Assembly: GCA_028534125.1 (NCBI GenBank) | Contig: CM052818.1 | Location: forward strand, 16,184,001 to 16,248,000 | Source: Lama glama | Lineage: Eukaryota | Length of the DNA: 64,000 nucleotides | Reading direction: 5' to 3' | Shown: positions 1 to 12,869 of the stretch, one piece after another | Layout of the letters: the number at the start of each line of letters is the position of its first letter | How positions within the stretch are numbered: the stretch's first letter is position 1 | Made by a program: the position numbers and the translations under genes | The notes under the pieces: model-generated | The model's input: only the letters and a program-made list of their open reading frames with translations | The model's database searches: none | Told to the model about the DNA's origin: nothing

Positions 1-94
1 CTTTAATTTGTCTGTTCCTGAGTCTTTGCATCTACTATTTTCTCAATACAGTTGTTTTAAAATACAGCTCACTTTAAACTCTTTTGACACTCCT

Positions 95-580
95 CACTTT
101 AAACTATTTTTCCCTCCAATTAAATGTGGTCTGGACATAGTTACTTGCTTCTAACAAATAGAATAAATGTGTCATAAATGATGCTATATGACTTCTGAGA
201 CTAGGTCAAAACTGAATAACTTCTGCTTGTCTCTCTTCTTCTTAGCTTGCTCATTCAGGGGGAGTTTAGTTGCCATGCTAGGAAGATACTTAAAGACTTT
301 CTGTGGACACATCCATACTGAGAGATACTGAGATCTACTACAAAGCAGCTCCTCGCTACTTGTGTTGACAATCTTGCACTCAGGGCCTCCCATCCTAGTC
401 AAGCCTTCAAATGACTGCAGCTCCAGGTAACACTTTGTCTGTGACCGTGTGATAGAACCTGAGACACACTGTCCAGTGAAGTTTCTTCCTAATTATTAAC
501 CCACAGAAACTATGAAAGATATTTATTCTTGCTTTGTGACACTAAATTTTGGGTTAAATTTATCTAATGAATTTAGATGT
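95..580 (+). mobile_element. MaLR solo LTR remnant, MLT1-type
   Basis: MLT1 motifs 'gacttctgagactaggtca', 'gccttcaaatgactgcagctcc', 'acccacagaaactatga' and 'actaaattttggg' in the expected order; subfamily not resolved. Confidence 0.75.
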
Positions 581-649
581 AATAAGACTTTGGTACACAG
601 TGGTTGGGTCCTCCTTGAACAAATCCTTTAACAAAATAAACCACTATGT

Positions 650-1019
650 CCTCAGCCTAGAACACCTTTCTCTCTGATGGGACAACACATTTGTTGCTTC
701 ATCTCTTTTATGTCCTTTTTTCATGTCACCTTCTTAGTGAAGCATTCCTTAACCATTCTATGTACAATTAAATAACAATACATCCAAAATTCTTACCTCT
801 GTTCCATGTATTATTACTCTTCTCAATACTAAATATAATCTAACATACAACATATTACACATTTTGCTTCATTATGACATTTTGTTTGTCTCCCTCTTGT
901 AGAATATGATGACAATCAACGCAGGGATTTTGTCTGTTTCACTAAGTAATTTACTCTAATTCCTAAAACTGTCTGGGACACATTAACACTCAAAAGATCA
1001 TTGTTGAATGAATGAATGA
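650..1019 (+). mobile_element. L2 LINE 3' end
   Basis: 'gcagggattttgtctgtttcac' followed by the terminal 'ttgttgaatgaatgaatga' L2 tail. Confidence 0.85.
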
Positions 1020-1352
1020 CCTTGGGGAACAAAGCAATGTTGCATGCTAGTAATTTTACGGGCAAGAGTCATCTTCTGAGAGAGGTGTGGTCCTCCATGA
1101 TGTGTGTGTTTTGCCTGCACTATGAGAGTAAATAGGAGTGAGGAGTGAGAACGAAGGGGAAACGGGGGAATAGTGAGGGTAGACACTATTTCAAGATTAG
1201 TATGTTCAAGTATAAGGGATATAATCGCTAAAAAGTTTACATAAGGGCAAAAAGGAAATAGAAAAACCTTTCTATTTAAATTTCTTACTAACAGAAACAT
1301 ACAGTCAAATTTCTTTGTTTTCCACCTATTTTTAATCAACAGGTTGCATTCT

Positions 1353-1409
1353 TATATATATACATATTATACAGATAAATGTATGTGTGTATATATATAT
1401 ATATATATA
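1353..1409. repeat. (TA)n-rich microsatellite
   Basis: Direct reading; pure TA run at about 1390-1409. Confidence 0.9.
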
Positions 1410-2029
1410 CAGATAAGGCCAAAAAGTCTTGATCTAGCCTTGATGTTTCACTCTTCCCTCCGCTCCAATAAATAACAAATCACTATTGCTTTTCTCCTAA
1501 AAGTAGTAGACTCTCTCATCTCCTCTGACTCAGTTGTTTCTTTTTTCAAACTTTCTTCTCTTTAGTCTTTATTCAAATCATGTTCAGAGTTATTTTTTAA
1601 CTTAGATCTAATTTTATTACTCTTATGCTAATTTCTTAAATGTTGTCATATTGTTTTTAGGATAAAGACAAAATCCTTAACATTTGTACAGGAATCTGCC
1701 TCTTCTTGCATGTATAGTTCAGCAACCTAGACTTGCTTCCAGATGTATATTCTACATTCTAGCAAGTATTTATTTACACATTAGTCTATATATTCTGTAT
1801 ATTCATCTAATCCTTGCCTTTATTGTATTTCTATTACAATTAGCTTTTCTTTGCCATACTTCATTCAATGATATACGTGAATTAAGTATAGAATATACAT
1901 TATATATATATATATAATATATACACACAGTATCTTAAATCATAAGGGATAAGGGACTACAAATAAATATTTAATCTAGTTAATATTATTTATCAAACAC
2001 ATGAAATTATTTTCCATGTAGATTTTATG

Positions 2030-2925
2030 CGATGTCAAAGAGCATACTGCCTGTTTTCTTCTAGAAGTTTTATAGTTTCAGGACTTACATTTAAGCCTTT
2101 AATCTATTTTGAATTAATTTTTATGCATGGTATGAGACAGTAGTCCAGTTTGATTCTTTTACATGTATCTGTCCAATTTTCCTAACATCATTTATTAAAG
2201 ACATCATTGTTTCCTCATTGTATATTCTTGTCTCCTTTGTCATAGATTAATTGCCCATATAATTGTACCTTCATTGCTTGGTTCTCTATGCCATTGATCT
2301 ATGTCTCTGTTTTTGTGCCAGTATTGTACTGTTTTGATGACTGTAGCTTTGTATTATAGTCTGAATATCAGGAAGCATGATACTTCCAGTTTTGCTGTTC
2401 TTTTTCAAAATTGTTTTGGTTATTTGGGGTCTTTTTTGTTTCCATACAAATTTTAAAAATTTTGTTCCACTTCTGTGAAAAATGCTGTTGGTACTCTGAT
2501 AAGGACTGCACTGACTCTGTAGATTGCCTCTGGTATTATGGTCATTTTAGCAATGTTAATTTTTCCAATTCATGAACACAGGACATCTTTCCATCTGTTT
2601 GTGTTGTCTTCAATTTCTTTCATCAGTGTCTTAATGATTTCTGAGAACAGGTCCTTTACCCACCGTAGTCAGATTTATTCCTAGATATTTTATTATTTTT
2701 GATGTCATTGTAAATTAGACTGTTTTCTTAATTTCTCTTTTTGATATTTCATTGCTATGGTATAGAAATGCAATAGATTTCATATATCAAATTTGTAACC
2801 TGCAACTTTATCAAATGCATTGACGAGTTCTAATTGTTTTTTGGTGGCATCTTTTGGATTTTCTATATTTAGTATCATGTCCTTGGCCAACAGTGAAAGT
2901 TTACTTATTCTTTTCCAACTTAGAT
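2030..2925 (-). mobile_element. L1 ORF2 internal fragment, degraded, no 3' UTR
   Basis: Minus-strand translation includes DMILNIENPKDATKKQLELVNAFDKVAGYK (L1 RT motif); typical antisense L1 text 'tttccatacaaatttta', 'tgtagctttgtattatagtctgaa'. Confidence 0.93.
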
Positions 2926-3223
2926 TTCTACCATCTTCTTGACAATCCAAGAATATGTATAATTTGAACTCACACAAATAATTAGTGTGGGAACTGAATA
3001 AGATTCTTAGATTCCTAAATTACCGACTTTCCCCCCATTCTCACTGAAATGTAATAAAACTGCCATAAAATAAACTGATTTTGGTATCAGCACAAGGAAT
3101 AGTCTTTAAGTATTCAATCTGAGTGTCTTTTATTTCAAGGAAATACTGACTTCATGTTTTAAATCAGTCTTGCTTTAAGTTTTACAACAAATATCATAAT
3201 CATATCCTGAGATAGACGCAAGA

Positions 3224-3805
3224 TGTTGAAGGAGAATTAATAAAATGGCCACACTTAGGCTAACAGATTGCTTATTCTTATGTTTGCCCTTAAAATGGTC
3301 AACTGACCTGACTGACCAGTTCCTACTCACTGTTCTAGGCCCGTTGTTAAAACTAAAGCTATTGATCTTACTGTTTCTACTTTATTCCAGTAATTGAAAG
3401 TAATAATCAAGCTTGGTCTCTGAGTCCTTCTCCAAAGAAAAGGTCACAGAACTATAACCTTACAAAATAGCCTAAATTACCAAGAAGATCACACCTTGAG
3501 TGCTTATGAGATAGAGATATAACCACTGGCCTCTATAGAACTGGTTGCCTGGAGGCATCATGACACCATTCTGTCTTCTGATGCGAAAATGATTATGTTG
3601 ATTGTTATTGATGCTTTATTGTTTGAGCTATGGCTATGTAACCACCCCACCCCATCCCCAAGGTGGATTTACAATTTTGAAGGCACCTGCTGTGAGTTCC
3701 CTTTGCCCGGCAAAGCAATAAAACTGCCTCTTTTCTTCTAAGCTCCAAGACCTCCTCTCTGAGTTATTTGGCTTGTCAGGGATGGGGGTCGATCTTTTGG
3801 CAACA
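3224..3805 (+). mobile_element. ERV1-like solo LTR
   Basis: TGTTG...CAACA inverted termini, AATAAA at about 3717, U5-like tail, retained CpGs; no PBS follows. 5' boundary uncertain because the flanks give no matching TSD. Confidence 0.65.
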
Positions 3806-3869
3806 ATTTTAGAAAATAAATAGATCTGACTTTATGCATAGATGAGTAATTAAACATCAGGACTTCTGC

Positions 3870-4340
3870 ACTAGTTATCTGTTACCCAAAAATCAGTGGC
3901 TTAGCATATTTAGCATTTATTCATCCCACTAGTCTGAATGTTTGCAATTTAGAGTGTAATCATCTGGTCCGTATTTCTGGTTTGGCTGTGTTCACTAACA
4001 TATTGTGGTCTCTTATGTTGTAGGCTCACAAAAGCTAGACGTTGGCTAATTTAGGTTGGTCTTGGCTGGGATCACTTTTGTGATCTGGCTGTGCTCCATG
4101 TGTCTTTCATCTTTCAGCAGATTAGGCTGGGCATGCTTTCATGATGATGGCAAGAGTTCAAGGGAGCAAAACTCAGCGCATAAGCTAATATACCATTGGG
4201 AAAAGCAAGTCATACAGTTGAACCCAGTGTCAAGTGATAAGACAGATCACTCTGATTTCACTGGTAAGAGACTGAATGGAAAAATGATGGATACAGAAAG
4301 GATAAAAAACTGAGAACATCACTGCAATCACTCACAACCT
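3870..4340 (-). mobile_element. Old MaLR LTR (MLT1J/K/L-like)
   Basis: 'ttacccaaaaatcagtggctta', 'ctccatgtgtctttcatc', 'ccattgggaaaagcaagtcat' match antisense MLT1 motifs. Confidence 0.7.
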
Positions 4341-6899
4341 AAGTAGGAGAGCTTTTCTTTAATCATAAGCATCCTCAAAAATGAATTATTAAACTTTCCA
4401 ACTATTGAAGCATTTCTGGTATATCTCCTAATTATATTTTAGTAATCTAATTAGCATTAACTTCTTAATTCAAACTAATAAAGTTTAATTTCCTAACCTT
4501 TTAGCACATAAAAGCAATAAATAGTTTTCACTACTAATAATAAAGAAATATGTAGTAATGGGGAAGTAAAGAAGTCAGTACAATACTTTTCAACAGTTTG
4601 TCTTTTACTCATATAATTCTCAGTTCAAGTTTTAGTGTACTGTTAATTCTTATTATTTGCTTCATATTAACCTGTGTACCCAGTGAACATGAATACATGA
4701 TCTTTCTCCATCTTACTTCTTGACTAAATATTAACCTCAGTACTGCCATCAGCTATGTCGATCCATGCATTGACTATCATACAATGCAGATGTGGTGCTT
4801 AACTTTGAAAGCATTCTCAGTGAGACAGCTATTCCATTAAGAAAAACCTGATTAAGTTATGATATCTCCTGAAGATGTCATATATTAAAGAATAATAGAC
4901 TTGAGACTTGTAAAAGGGGAAATCATAGAAAGTGTAAAAGAAAATTTATTATGGATTTTTTTATCTTTAATGGATGCCTAATCAATTAAAAAGAAATGGT
5001 GATTTTGCTAAATATTTTCTCTGCCAACATTGTATCATATACTGTAAGAAAAAAATTTACATAATATAATTGAATTGTAAAGCTAAAATAAATTTTGCAT
5101 TTCATTTTTATTAGCAGAACTTATCTTCTCCTTCAAAGAAAATAATAGGCAGGAATCAAACTACAAAAGAGATAAAAGTAGAGAGGCTCATTCAATTTCC
5201 TTTTACTCACTTTTTTTCCTAACCCAGCACTCAGAGTAATTCAGCAAAACACTTAAGTATGAGTAGAATGGAATTCCAAAAATGTTGAATCTGTTGTATT
5301 GCAGATAAGAAGCTGAGCAGTAGAGAAAAGATTAAGTGACCTACATTAGGAGGGCTATTTACTAATAGAGCTGAAGATCAAAGGTAAGACATCTAATTCC
5401 TGATTGTTGTTTATTAAGGAATGCTAAGAATTAAATTCATGTCTTTGTTTGCTTTTTATTTTATTTTATTGGCCATAACTGTCATTCCTTTAAAGCTTCT
5501 TTTCTGTGAGGTAATAACTATAATGTTGTTTGGAGTAACAGAAATTATAGCGCTGTTTCAATGCAAACTAGAGTAGAAGCATTTCATGTATCAGGATTTT
5601 CTGTTGATCTTTTTCCATGTGTATTCTCCCTCAGCTTTGAGATCTTTAGTTGGTTGAGATCATTCTGGCTGACATACACCTTACTCTAGAATATGCCAAC
5701 TCTATTCCTGATTGCTGACACAACTGAATGAATGGAAAACAGAAGGTCCTATCTTCTTTGCAGTTACTTCTAATTTGTATTACAAATAAATTTTAAATTC
5801 CTTTTAGTAACTTTGCTTTATTTTAATTCTGATATTTGAAATTCTGAAAATCAGAATTCAGTTACATTTTTAAAGCCTGAAAATTACCTAAAATTGATCT
5901 TTTTGGAGTAAATTTCTTATTTTCTTTTTTTAATTTAATATATTTATTTATTTATTTGTTTATTAAAGGACTTTATACATAAGGGAGAAAATAAGACTGG
6001 TCTCATATTCAGCACAAAATTCAAGCCTAGATGAAAATGCTATCACTAAAGCTGTGGTAAAATAAATTATGATCCAAGGTTAAGCTGGCAAGTTGTGAAT
6101 CAAGTGAATAAAAGGATATGCTCATAGAATGTTGCATTTATTATACATTACCGAAAAAGTCAATGATAAATGCAGACAGCCAAGAAGTGAAACAAAATAA
6201 GGAATTCAGAAATGAGGAAGCCTTTGCAAATGAATGATCCTAAGAGGTAAAACCACTTAGGTTTGGAACTGACATTTAGCAATTTAGAGATTTGTGGTTG
6301 CACAATAGAATATCTATAAAATGAAAACAGCATAAGCACACATAATTAAGACGTAGGGGCAGGGTGTTTGGAAGACTTGTGTGCAAGTCTCTTTGTCATT
6401 AAAAGCAGACTATCAATACCAACTATGTTGAAACATTAGTTTATAAAATACTCTAATCCTTCATTATTTTCATAATTCGTCCTAAATTAAATGAGTTTTT
6501 TCCTGAGAAAAGATAAGTGAGTTATTTTCAATAAACTAATTCTTTCAGTTCACTTTATTTTTCTACTTTTAAATTCAAGACAATATTAACTTAGCATACT
6601 CTCACACTACATGTCCAGAATGATCCTTGTCTAATAAAAACAATCTCTTTCCATTTGTTTTTCTAGCTATAAATAAACTGATACAGAGAGACACATCAAT
6701 AGAGTTCTGAAATCACATATGCCACATTACAATTGCTTTTTCATAGTAGTCTGTTTGGGGCCCCCCCTTTTTTTGACTTTTTTTCGCCTGTAGTGCTTTA
6801 CATTTTAAATAACTGTCCCAAAGTATTTAATTAACATAACTAAAGACACTCCTAAATCACTTAATATCCTTTAGAGTCTACCTCAAGTTAACCAAACTG

Positions 6900-7472
6900 C
6901 ATGGTGTGAAGGTACAGTCATCCAGACGGCCAAGTCTGCTCAAGGCTTCGGACATCAACTTCAAGGAGTTAGGGTACAATTCCAAATTAAAAGGAAGAGT
7001 CTACAATAGATGAACCTCACTCCTGACACCAACTGTAAATTCACTGGGAGTGTGTGTGGACATGCCCACAATCACACTCAGATTTGAAGCTTTCATTTTC
7101 TCAGGACATAATTTTCTTCCTCAAATTGATGTGTGACATTATGCATGACAATATGCAGGGAAATTCATACAAGCTTCAGTGTCTACAGTTTTTACTGGAG
7201 CTTCATTACATAGACATGATGTGTTACTGTTCATATGGTTGAACTTCAGATCAACTGATAACATGTGACACAATGTCCCCACCTTAAATCACGTGGTTGT
7301 TTTTTCAGACATGACCAGTCTCACCCTAAGATTGTCAGGCATAGACAACACTTCCCCTAAATCATATTGTTACTATATACCCTAAAGATGCCCAGGCAAA
7401 TAAAGATTACCTCCAAGGAGATGAGGGCAAAGACCAGTTTTCGATTTGGGGAAGGTCAAGTTCTTTCTTGCA
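6900..7472 (-). mobile_element. MER21-like LTR, internally deleted
   Basis: 'cctcactcctgacaccaactgtaaattc', 'cagtttttactggagcttcattacatagacatgat', ending 'ttggggaaggtcaagttctttcttgca'. Confidence 0.75.
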
Positions 7473-7609
7473 TAGAGCCCTATTTTTGCATCACTTCAAA
7501 AATTTACTTCTCCGAAGAATTACCTATATTTACAATAGCTAATCATTCAAATCCTTTTGACTCATCAAATCTATAAAATCTGCCTTATTCTTCTTCACCA
7601 TCACCATCA

Positions 7610-7860
7610 TTAATATCAATGCAACAATACACACTAAACAAGTAGTGTATTCCAGACACTGATTTACAATTGCTAGCTCATACTCAGTAATACCAATTTC
7701 CCAATGAACTATACATTATTATTTTATCATTTTATGGATGAAACAACAAAGAAAGAAAAATTTCTTTCTTAAATTACATTCATTAGATTACACAGCTGCT
7801 AGATGACAAAGCTAGGATTCAGGCTCCAAAAGTCTGACTCCGGTGCATACTTAACTTACA
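7610..7860 (-). mobile_element. MIR SINE
   Basis: 'attttatggatgaaaca...acacagctgctagatgacaaagctaggattcaggctccaaaagtctgactcc'. Confidence 0.75.
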
Positions 7861-8184
7861 CACATCAACAAACAAAATAAAATAGCATTCACAAACATCA
7901 ATACCATTCATGGTGCTAAATCCAATATGCACTTTTCACTTCTTGTTTTAGTTATCCTTCTACTACATTTTGGTATATACACACACAGAAACACACTCAC
8001 CCACTCTCAAGTTATGAACTAAAGTATTTGGGTTTTAATCTTTACTCTGAGACATGCTGAATGAATTTGTAAAAATTCAGTAAGCTCTTACATTTGTCAT
8101 TATAGATTTCTGTGAGAATAAAGTAACAGATCACTGAATTCCATCCATTCTATATACTATTTACATTCCAAATTTTCCAACATG

Positions 8185-8284
8185 NNNNNNNNNNNNNNNN
8201 NNNNNNNNNNNNNNNNNNNNNNNNNNNNNNNNNNNNNNNNNNNNNNNNNNNNNNNNNNNNNNNNNNNNNNNNNNNNNNNNNNNN
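8185..8284. other. Assembly gap (100 N)
   Basis: Run of exactly 100 N. Confidence 1.
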
Positions 8285-8868
8285 GATGACAGACAATTCT
8301 TTATTCTATCTTGGTTCTAGTAAAGAAAAAAAAAAAGAAGAAGAAGAAAAGAAAAATAAACAAAAATCTGTGTAACCCATGTGATACCAACTGATTTTTG
8401 CCAAAGCCCTGTAACTCCCATTCCTGGGCTCTCAGATGCCCACCTGCGATCTTTAAAAAAAAAAAAAGTACACTCTTTTCTGACATGTTTGCCCTAGAAG
8501 AATTAACTGCCCTAAGAAATGGCTAATCTCAAAATACCCCAGGTGGACAGGCCTCAATGTACAACCTGCCCTTACTGGAGTCATAAATCCCATTACTCAG
8601 GATAGTCCTGATAGGTCTTACCTCACTTGTAACTAATCAGGTACCTGTACACAGGCTGATCACACAGCACACTCTGTTCACCAAGCCGTTCTCATAAAAG
8701 ACCTCAACAGCCAACCCTCAGTGCTCATATGGGGATCTCTCTTCCGTGTGGCCTGCTGTCGCCTGTAGTGCATGCCCACTGAAAGTTTTCCTTGTCTCTT
8801 AAACTTCTATTTTTCTCTGGTAAAATCTTTTACTGACCACGACACCAGCCCAACGTGTTCCTCCGACA
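8285..8868 (+). mobile_element. Relatively young ERV LTR; 5' end lost in the gap
   Basis: GC/CpG-richer than flanks, TATA-like 'cataaaag' at about 8693, U5-like 'ctggtaaaatcttttactgaccacgacaccagcc', ends '...ccgaCA'; no PBS after it. Confidence 0.65.
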
Positions 8869-11544
8869 TCCCAGATATAATAATGAGGAGATGTGAGTGG
8901 TAGTTGATGAAACAGAACACATGGAATAAGTCATGGAACCCAAACACCTGATTTGGGATTTTAGCAACTTTCTCTTTGTAGACATTTGTATTGGCTGTAT
9001 CTTATATTTTATAATTATTTTGAGACAAAATCTGCTACGGGAAAAGCAAAAAGCGTATGTACAGCAAGAAGAATGGACTAGATGTTATTTTTTAAAAACT
9101 CTCTGCCATTTCTGGCCCCCTGGATACTTTACTTTCTGGCAGAAAGCCATCATGCAGTTAAACAGCTGCTATACTCCATGGTATAGAACACTTAATACTT
9201 TTTACCATCAAGCAGGCGCAGACACTGTCTTCAGAGTATGAAACAAAAGGGCTGGTTATATTGTAAGGGGAAAATATATACATTTTAGATGAAATAATAA
9301 AAAAAATTCAAAATCTTGTTTCATTTCTTAATATTTTAGTCTTATTTATCTTGTAAAACATGTACTATTCCATTTCTTATTTCCAGGGACCTTATGGGAA
9401 CAAAGTGAATAGCCACCATCTACTTAAAGAGAAGCCTTTCCATGTCAAGTTGTTTCTACTAGATTGTTGCTTAAAAAATACTGGATGTTTTATTAAAAAG
9501 AAAATCACAGGATTTTTTTGTCTAATTTGGTCACTGTCTTTTTTTTAAGTTAATGCAGAATGCATATTCACTGTTACAAAACTAAACTCTGTGCGTCCGT
9601 GCAAAAAATGCCAGAATAACCTTGGTGTTTGTTAAATTTAAAAACATATGGTTAGGGCTCTGGGTCAGTTTATATTTGGGCTTAAGACTACAGAATCGTT
9701 AGTTTAGTAACTATTCAGTCACAGCAATTAACATCAAGAATCATCAGATCCCTTAATAAACTGGTAAGCTAGCATATTAATTCATGTACAGATGTTTGTA
9801 TAATGACACAATAAAACCATCAAAATAGTGAAAGTAGCTGTTCAGTTTCCTATCCAAATCTACATATTTCTCATTTAACCAATAAAATACCAGGGAAGAA
9901 CTCAAACGCACATTATGGAATGGGCTATATGCACTTTATTAGTAGGCTAGCTCACTTTCCCAGATGATTCAAGTAAGACTGTTTCTAACTCAACTTGATT
10001 CCCCTTTCTATTATTTTCGGGGGGATTTTTTCCTCTGTTTCTATGGTTGATATTTGTATTTTAGGATGTCAGCTATCCATTTCCTGTTGTTTTTGAACAG
10101 CAATCACCTGATTGTTACTTAGAGTTCTATTTCATCCTCATAAAATCTGTGTACTTCTAGAGAAGCTGCCCTCTCCCCAGATACTTCAATCATTCAGCAC
10201 AATCCATCACTTAGCTTCAGATATGAAAACATGAATGAGTACGTAATGATACAGACTAAGGAACAGTTTGGACAAGCTACTATAAGCTTACGTAAGTAAG
10301 CTTTTAATTGTATAGCTGGTACACTAAGTAAAAAATAAAATTACCCACATTGCACATGTTAAAGTTTTTATAAATGTTTAATAGTAGAAACTAACCAAAT
10401 CCCTTAATTAAAAAATAAAGTATGCAAAATATAAATATTAACTGTAATTCTATAGGTTAATCTGAATTTATATAAAGTTATGATAATGATGGCAATTAAC
10501 TGTGACAGAATGATTCTCATAAGAGGACAAAACAGGCTTGCTCATCACTATGCTGGCTCTAAGCCTTCGTAACTTAATGAATGCTAAAATATTAAAATCT
10601 CATCCAGTTTACCATGGAGCCATAATTTACAAGAATAAATGCATAATAATCCTTTGGACTTCAGAGATAATTTATGAGCAATATTCTCACAGAGGATGAT
10701 GATAATTCACTCTCAATTAGCCCAGCTTGATTTAAATCATTGATTGCCCCATGTTTAATAATAATTTAGTAATAATGCAATTAATACTTCCTTCTATTTT
10801 TGGATAAAATTATTAAAGAGCCCATGGTGAATTTTAACTTTAAACATGAATGCTTATAAATATCTTCTTGCCACTTTACTATTCGGATTGGTTTTTCTTT
10901 CCAGGTATGGCTAACTTTATATAAAGAGTTTGATTTCCTTGAAAATGCTGATGGTCTGGGCATTAAACTATGTCCTATATCTGCCTTCAATGTTCTAAGA
11001 TCAGGTTTGCAAATATCTGATTCTTTCAAAATTATAGCCGCAATATTCACTTTAACGGATTAGAGTTAACGATTCGTATGATTTGCCATTTCAAAAATAA
11101 AAAAGTTCACAATTTTTTAAAAATTACATTTTATGTCTGAAATGTATTATAATTATGCAGATATTATCCTGATTCTGCTAATTTGGGTTTACGAAATCAT
11201 TTATATATTAAATAATTTGAGCAAAAGAGGAAAATTTACCAAAGGTGGCAACATCTAATGAGACTGCACTCATTTCAGCTACACTATGGACTGTAATATA
11301 ATGGATTGTAATACAATGGGGTTTTTTTGCCCATGAGTTGAGTTCCAATTTAGAAGACATGGATATGTGCTATCAGTATAGCAATGTGGTAACCTTGATT
11401 GGTTCCATATTTTTTTCTGAGTTGAGATTGAGGAAAATGTTAGTACAGCCCCCTTTCTCGATGAAAAAGCCCTGATGGTACCTCAGGTTTGATCAGGAAC
11501 ATCATCTCCAGAATACACTTTTGCCACAGAATCATTGCACTTAC

Positions 11545-11605
11545 CTGATGATTTTGACAGCCTCAGAACTTCAATGCTTAATTCTCCTTTAAAACATGAC
11601 AGTGC
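11545..11605 (-). other. Candidate 61-nt internal exon of an unidentified minus-strand transcript
   Basis: Minus strand reads ctttcttcttattttgtttctctctttgtatttttccatag|GCACTG...ATCATCAG|gtaagtg: long pyrimidine tract and consensus donor in unique sequence. One frame is open (ALSCFKGELSIEVLRLSKSS); peptide not recognised. Confidence 0.55.
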
Positions 11606-12869
11606 CTATGGAAAAATACAAAGAGAGAAACAAAATAAGAAGAAAGTAGGAAAAATCCGAGTGCTGTTATTTTCCTTTACTTGAAAAGTCAGTATCAGTA
11701 GAGAGTTTCATATAAGTCTGTTGGAAGGTTTAACATAAAATATTCATAAACAAATTTTAGGAAAAGGACTATGTCTTAATTATGCAAAATGTCACAGGAC
11801 AGTTGAGTTTGTCTCGTATTTCTGTCATCAAATTCTTCTGTGACCTTGGAAAAGTTACCTCTCAGGGTATCAGCTGCTTTTTTTAAGGAGGGGAGAGAGG
11901 TAATCAAAGAGATCAGAATTTCTCAACGAGGAGCATATGTCAGCATCATGTTTTGAAATTAAACAAAATGCAAGTGTTGGAACTTCATGACAAACCTCAT
12001 GAATCAGAAGCTCTGTAGCTGCAATCAGATAAGTACATATTCAAAGTATGCAATTGCTATTTCTGAATACCCCTGGAGCAAATGAGCCCTTAATGTTTTT
12101 TCCAGGTCAGATGTTTCTATGATTTTTTTGAATTTTAATTAATTGAGTAGTATAAACTAGAAATACTAACTAAACTACAAAAAGAGAAGAGGAGATAGTC
12201 AACTCTGTAACTGATATTCTGCTAGGTACTGCAGATAAATACATGAAATATTAGAAATAATGTAAATTATTTCCTGGTTTCAATTAGTTCAGTATATTTG
12301 GGTGACAAATTTAACAGACAATCATAGAGGAAACAGTTAAAATGACAAGTGAGACACAGAGATTTAGAAGATGGTGACATATACTATAGTTATGGAGTTC
12401 AGGAATGCCATTGCAAAGGACTATGTAGGTTTTTTTTTTTTTAGGCAAAAATAGAAAGGTACACTCACTGATATTCAATCTAATATGCTCCCCACTCTCA
12501 GCACTTATGTAAGTATTCTCTTTGATAGCTCACAGTGCCATTGCATTTTTCTTAATAGCACTTAATACAAAGGCAGAGGCCATCCATTTCCATTTGCTTC
12601 AACACTGAATACTCAATACTTAGGATAGTATATAGCACATAGTAAGTATATAATAAAAGTAGAAAATAATATGCGAATGTGTGACAGAGTTTGCTGAAAT
12701 GCATACCAATGGTTGCATAAGGGATTTCAGAACCAAGAGAAGCACAATGAATACCACCAAGACATTATTTATGTACACAGAATATTTTGATAACACAGAA
12801 TCTAGACTCTTAAAATTGAATGGAACTATGAGTTTCAATATTTGATTTTTGATGTCTTTCTTTTTCTTT

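Noticed and set aside
9130..9190. Run of short palindromes (ctttctggcagaaag, ctatactccatggtatag)
   Set aside because: Stems are only 6-7 bp and no long hairpin or RNA-family motif is evident.
11286..11320. 15-bp tandem repeat
   Set aside because: Two imperfect copies; trivial slippage.
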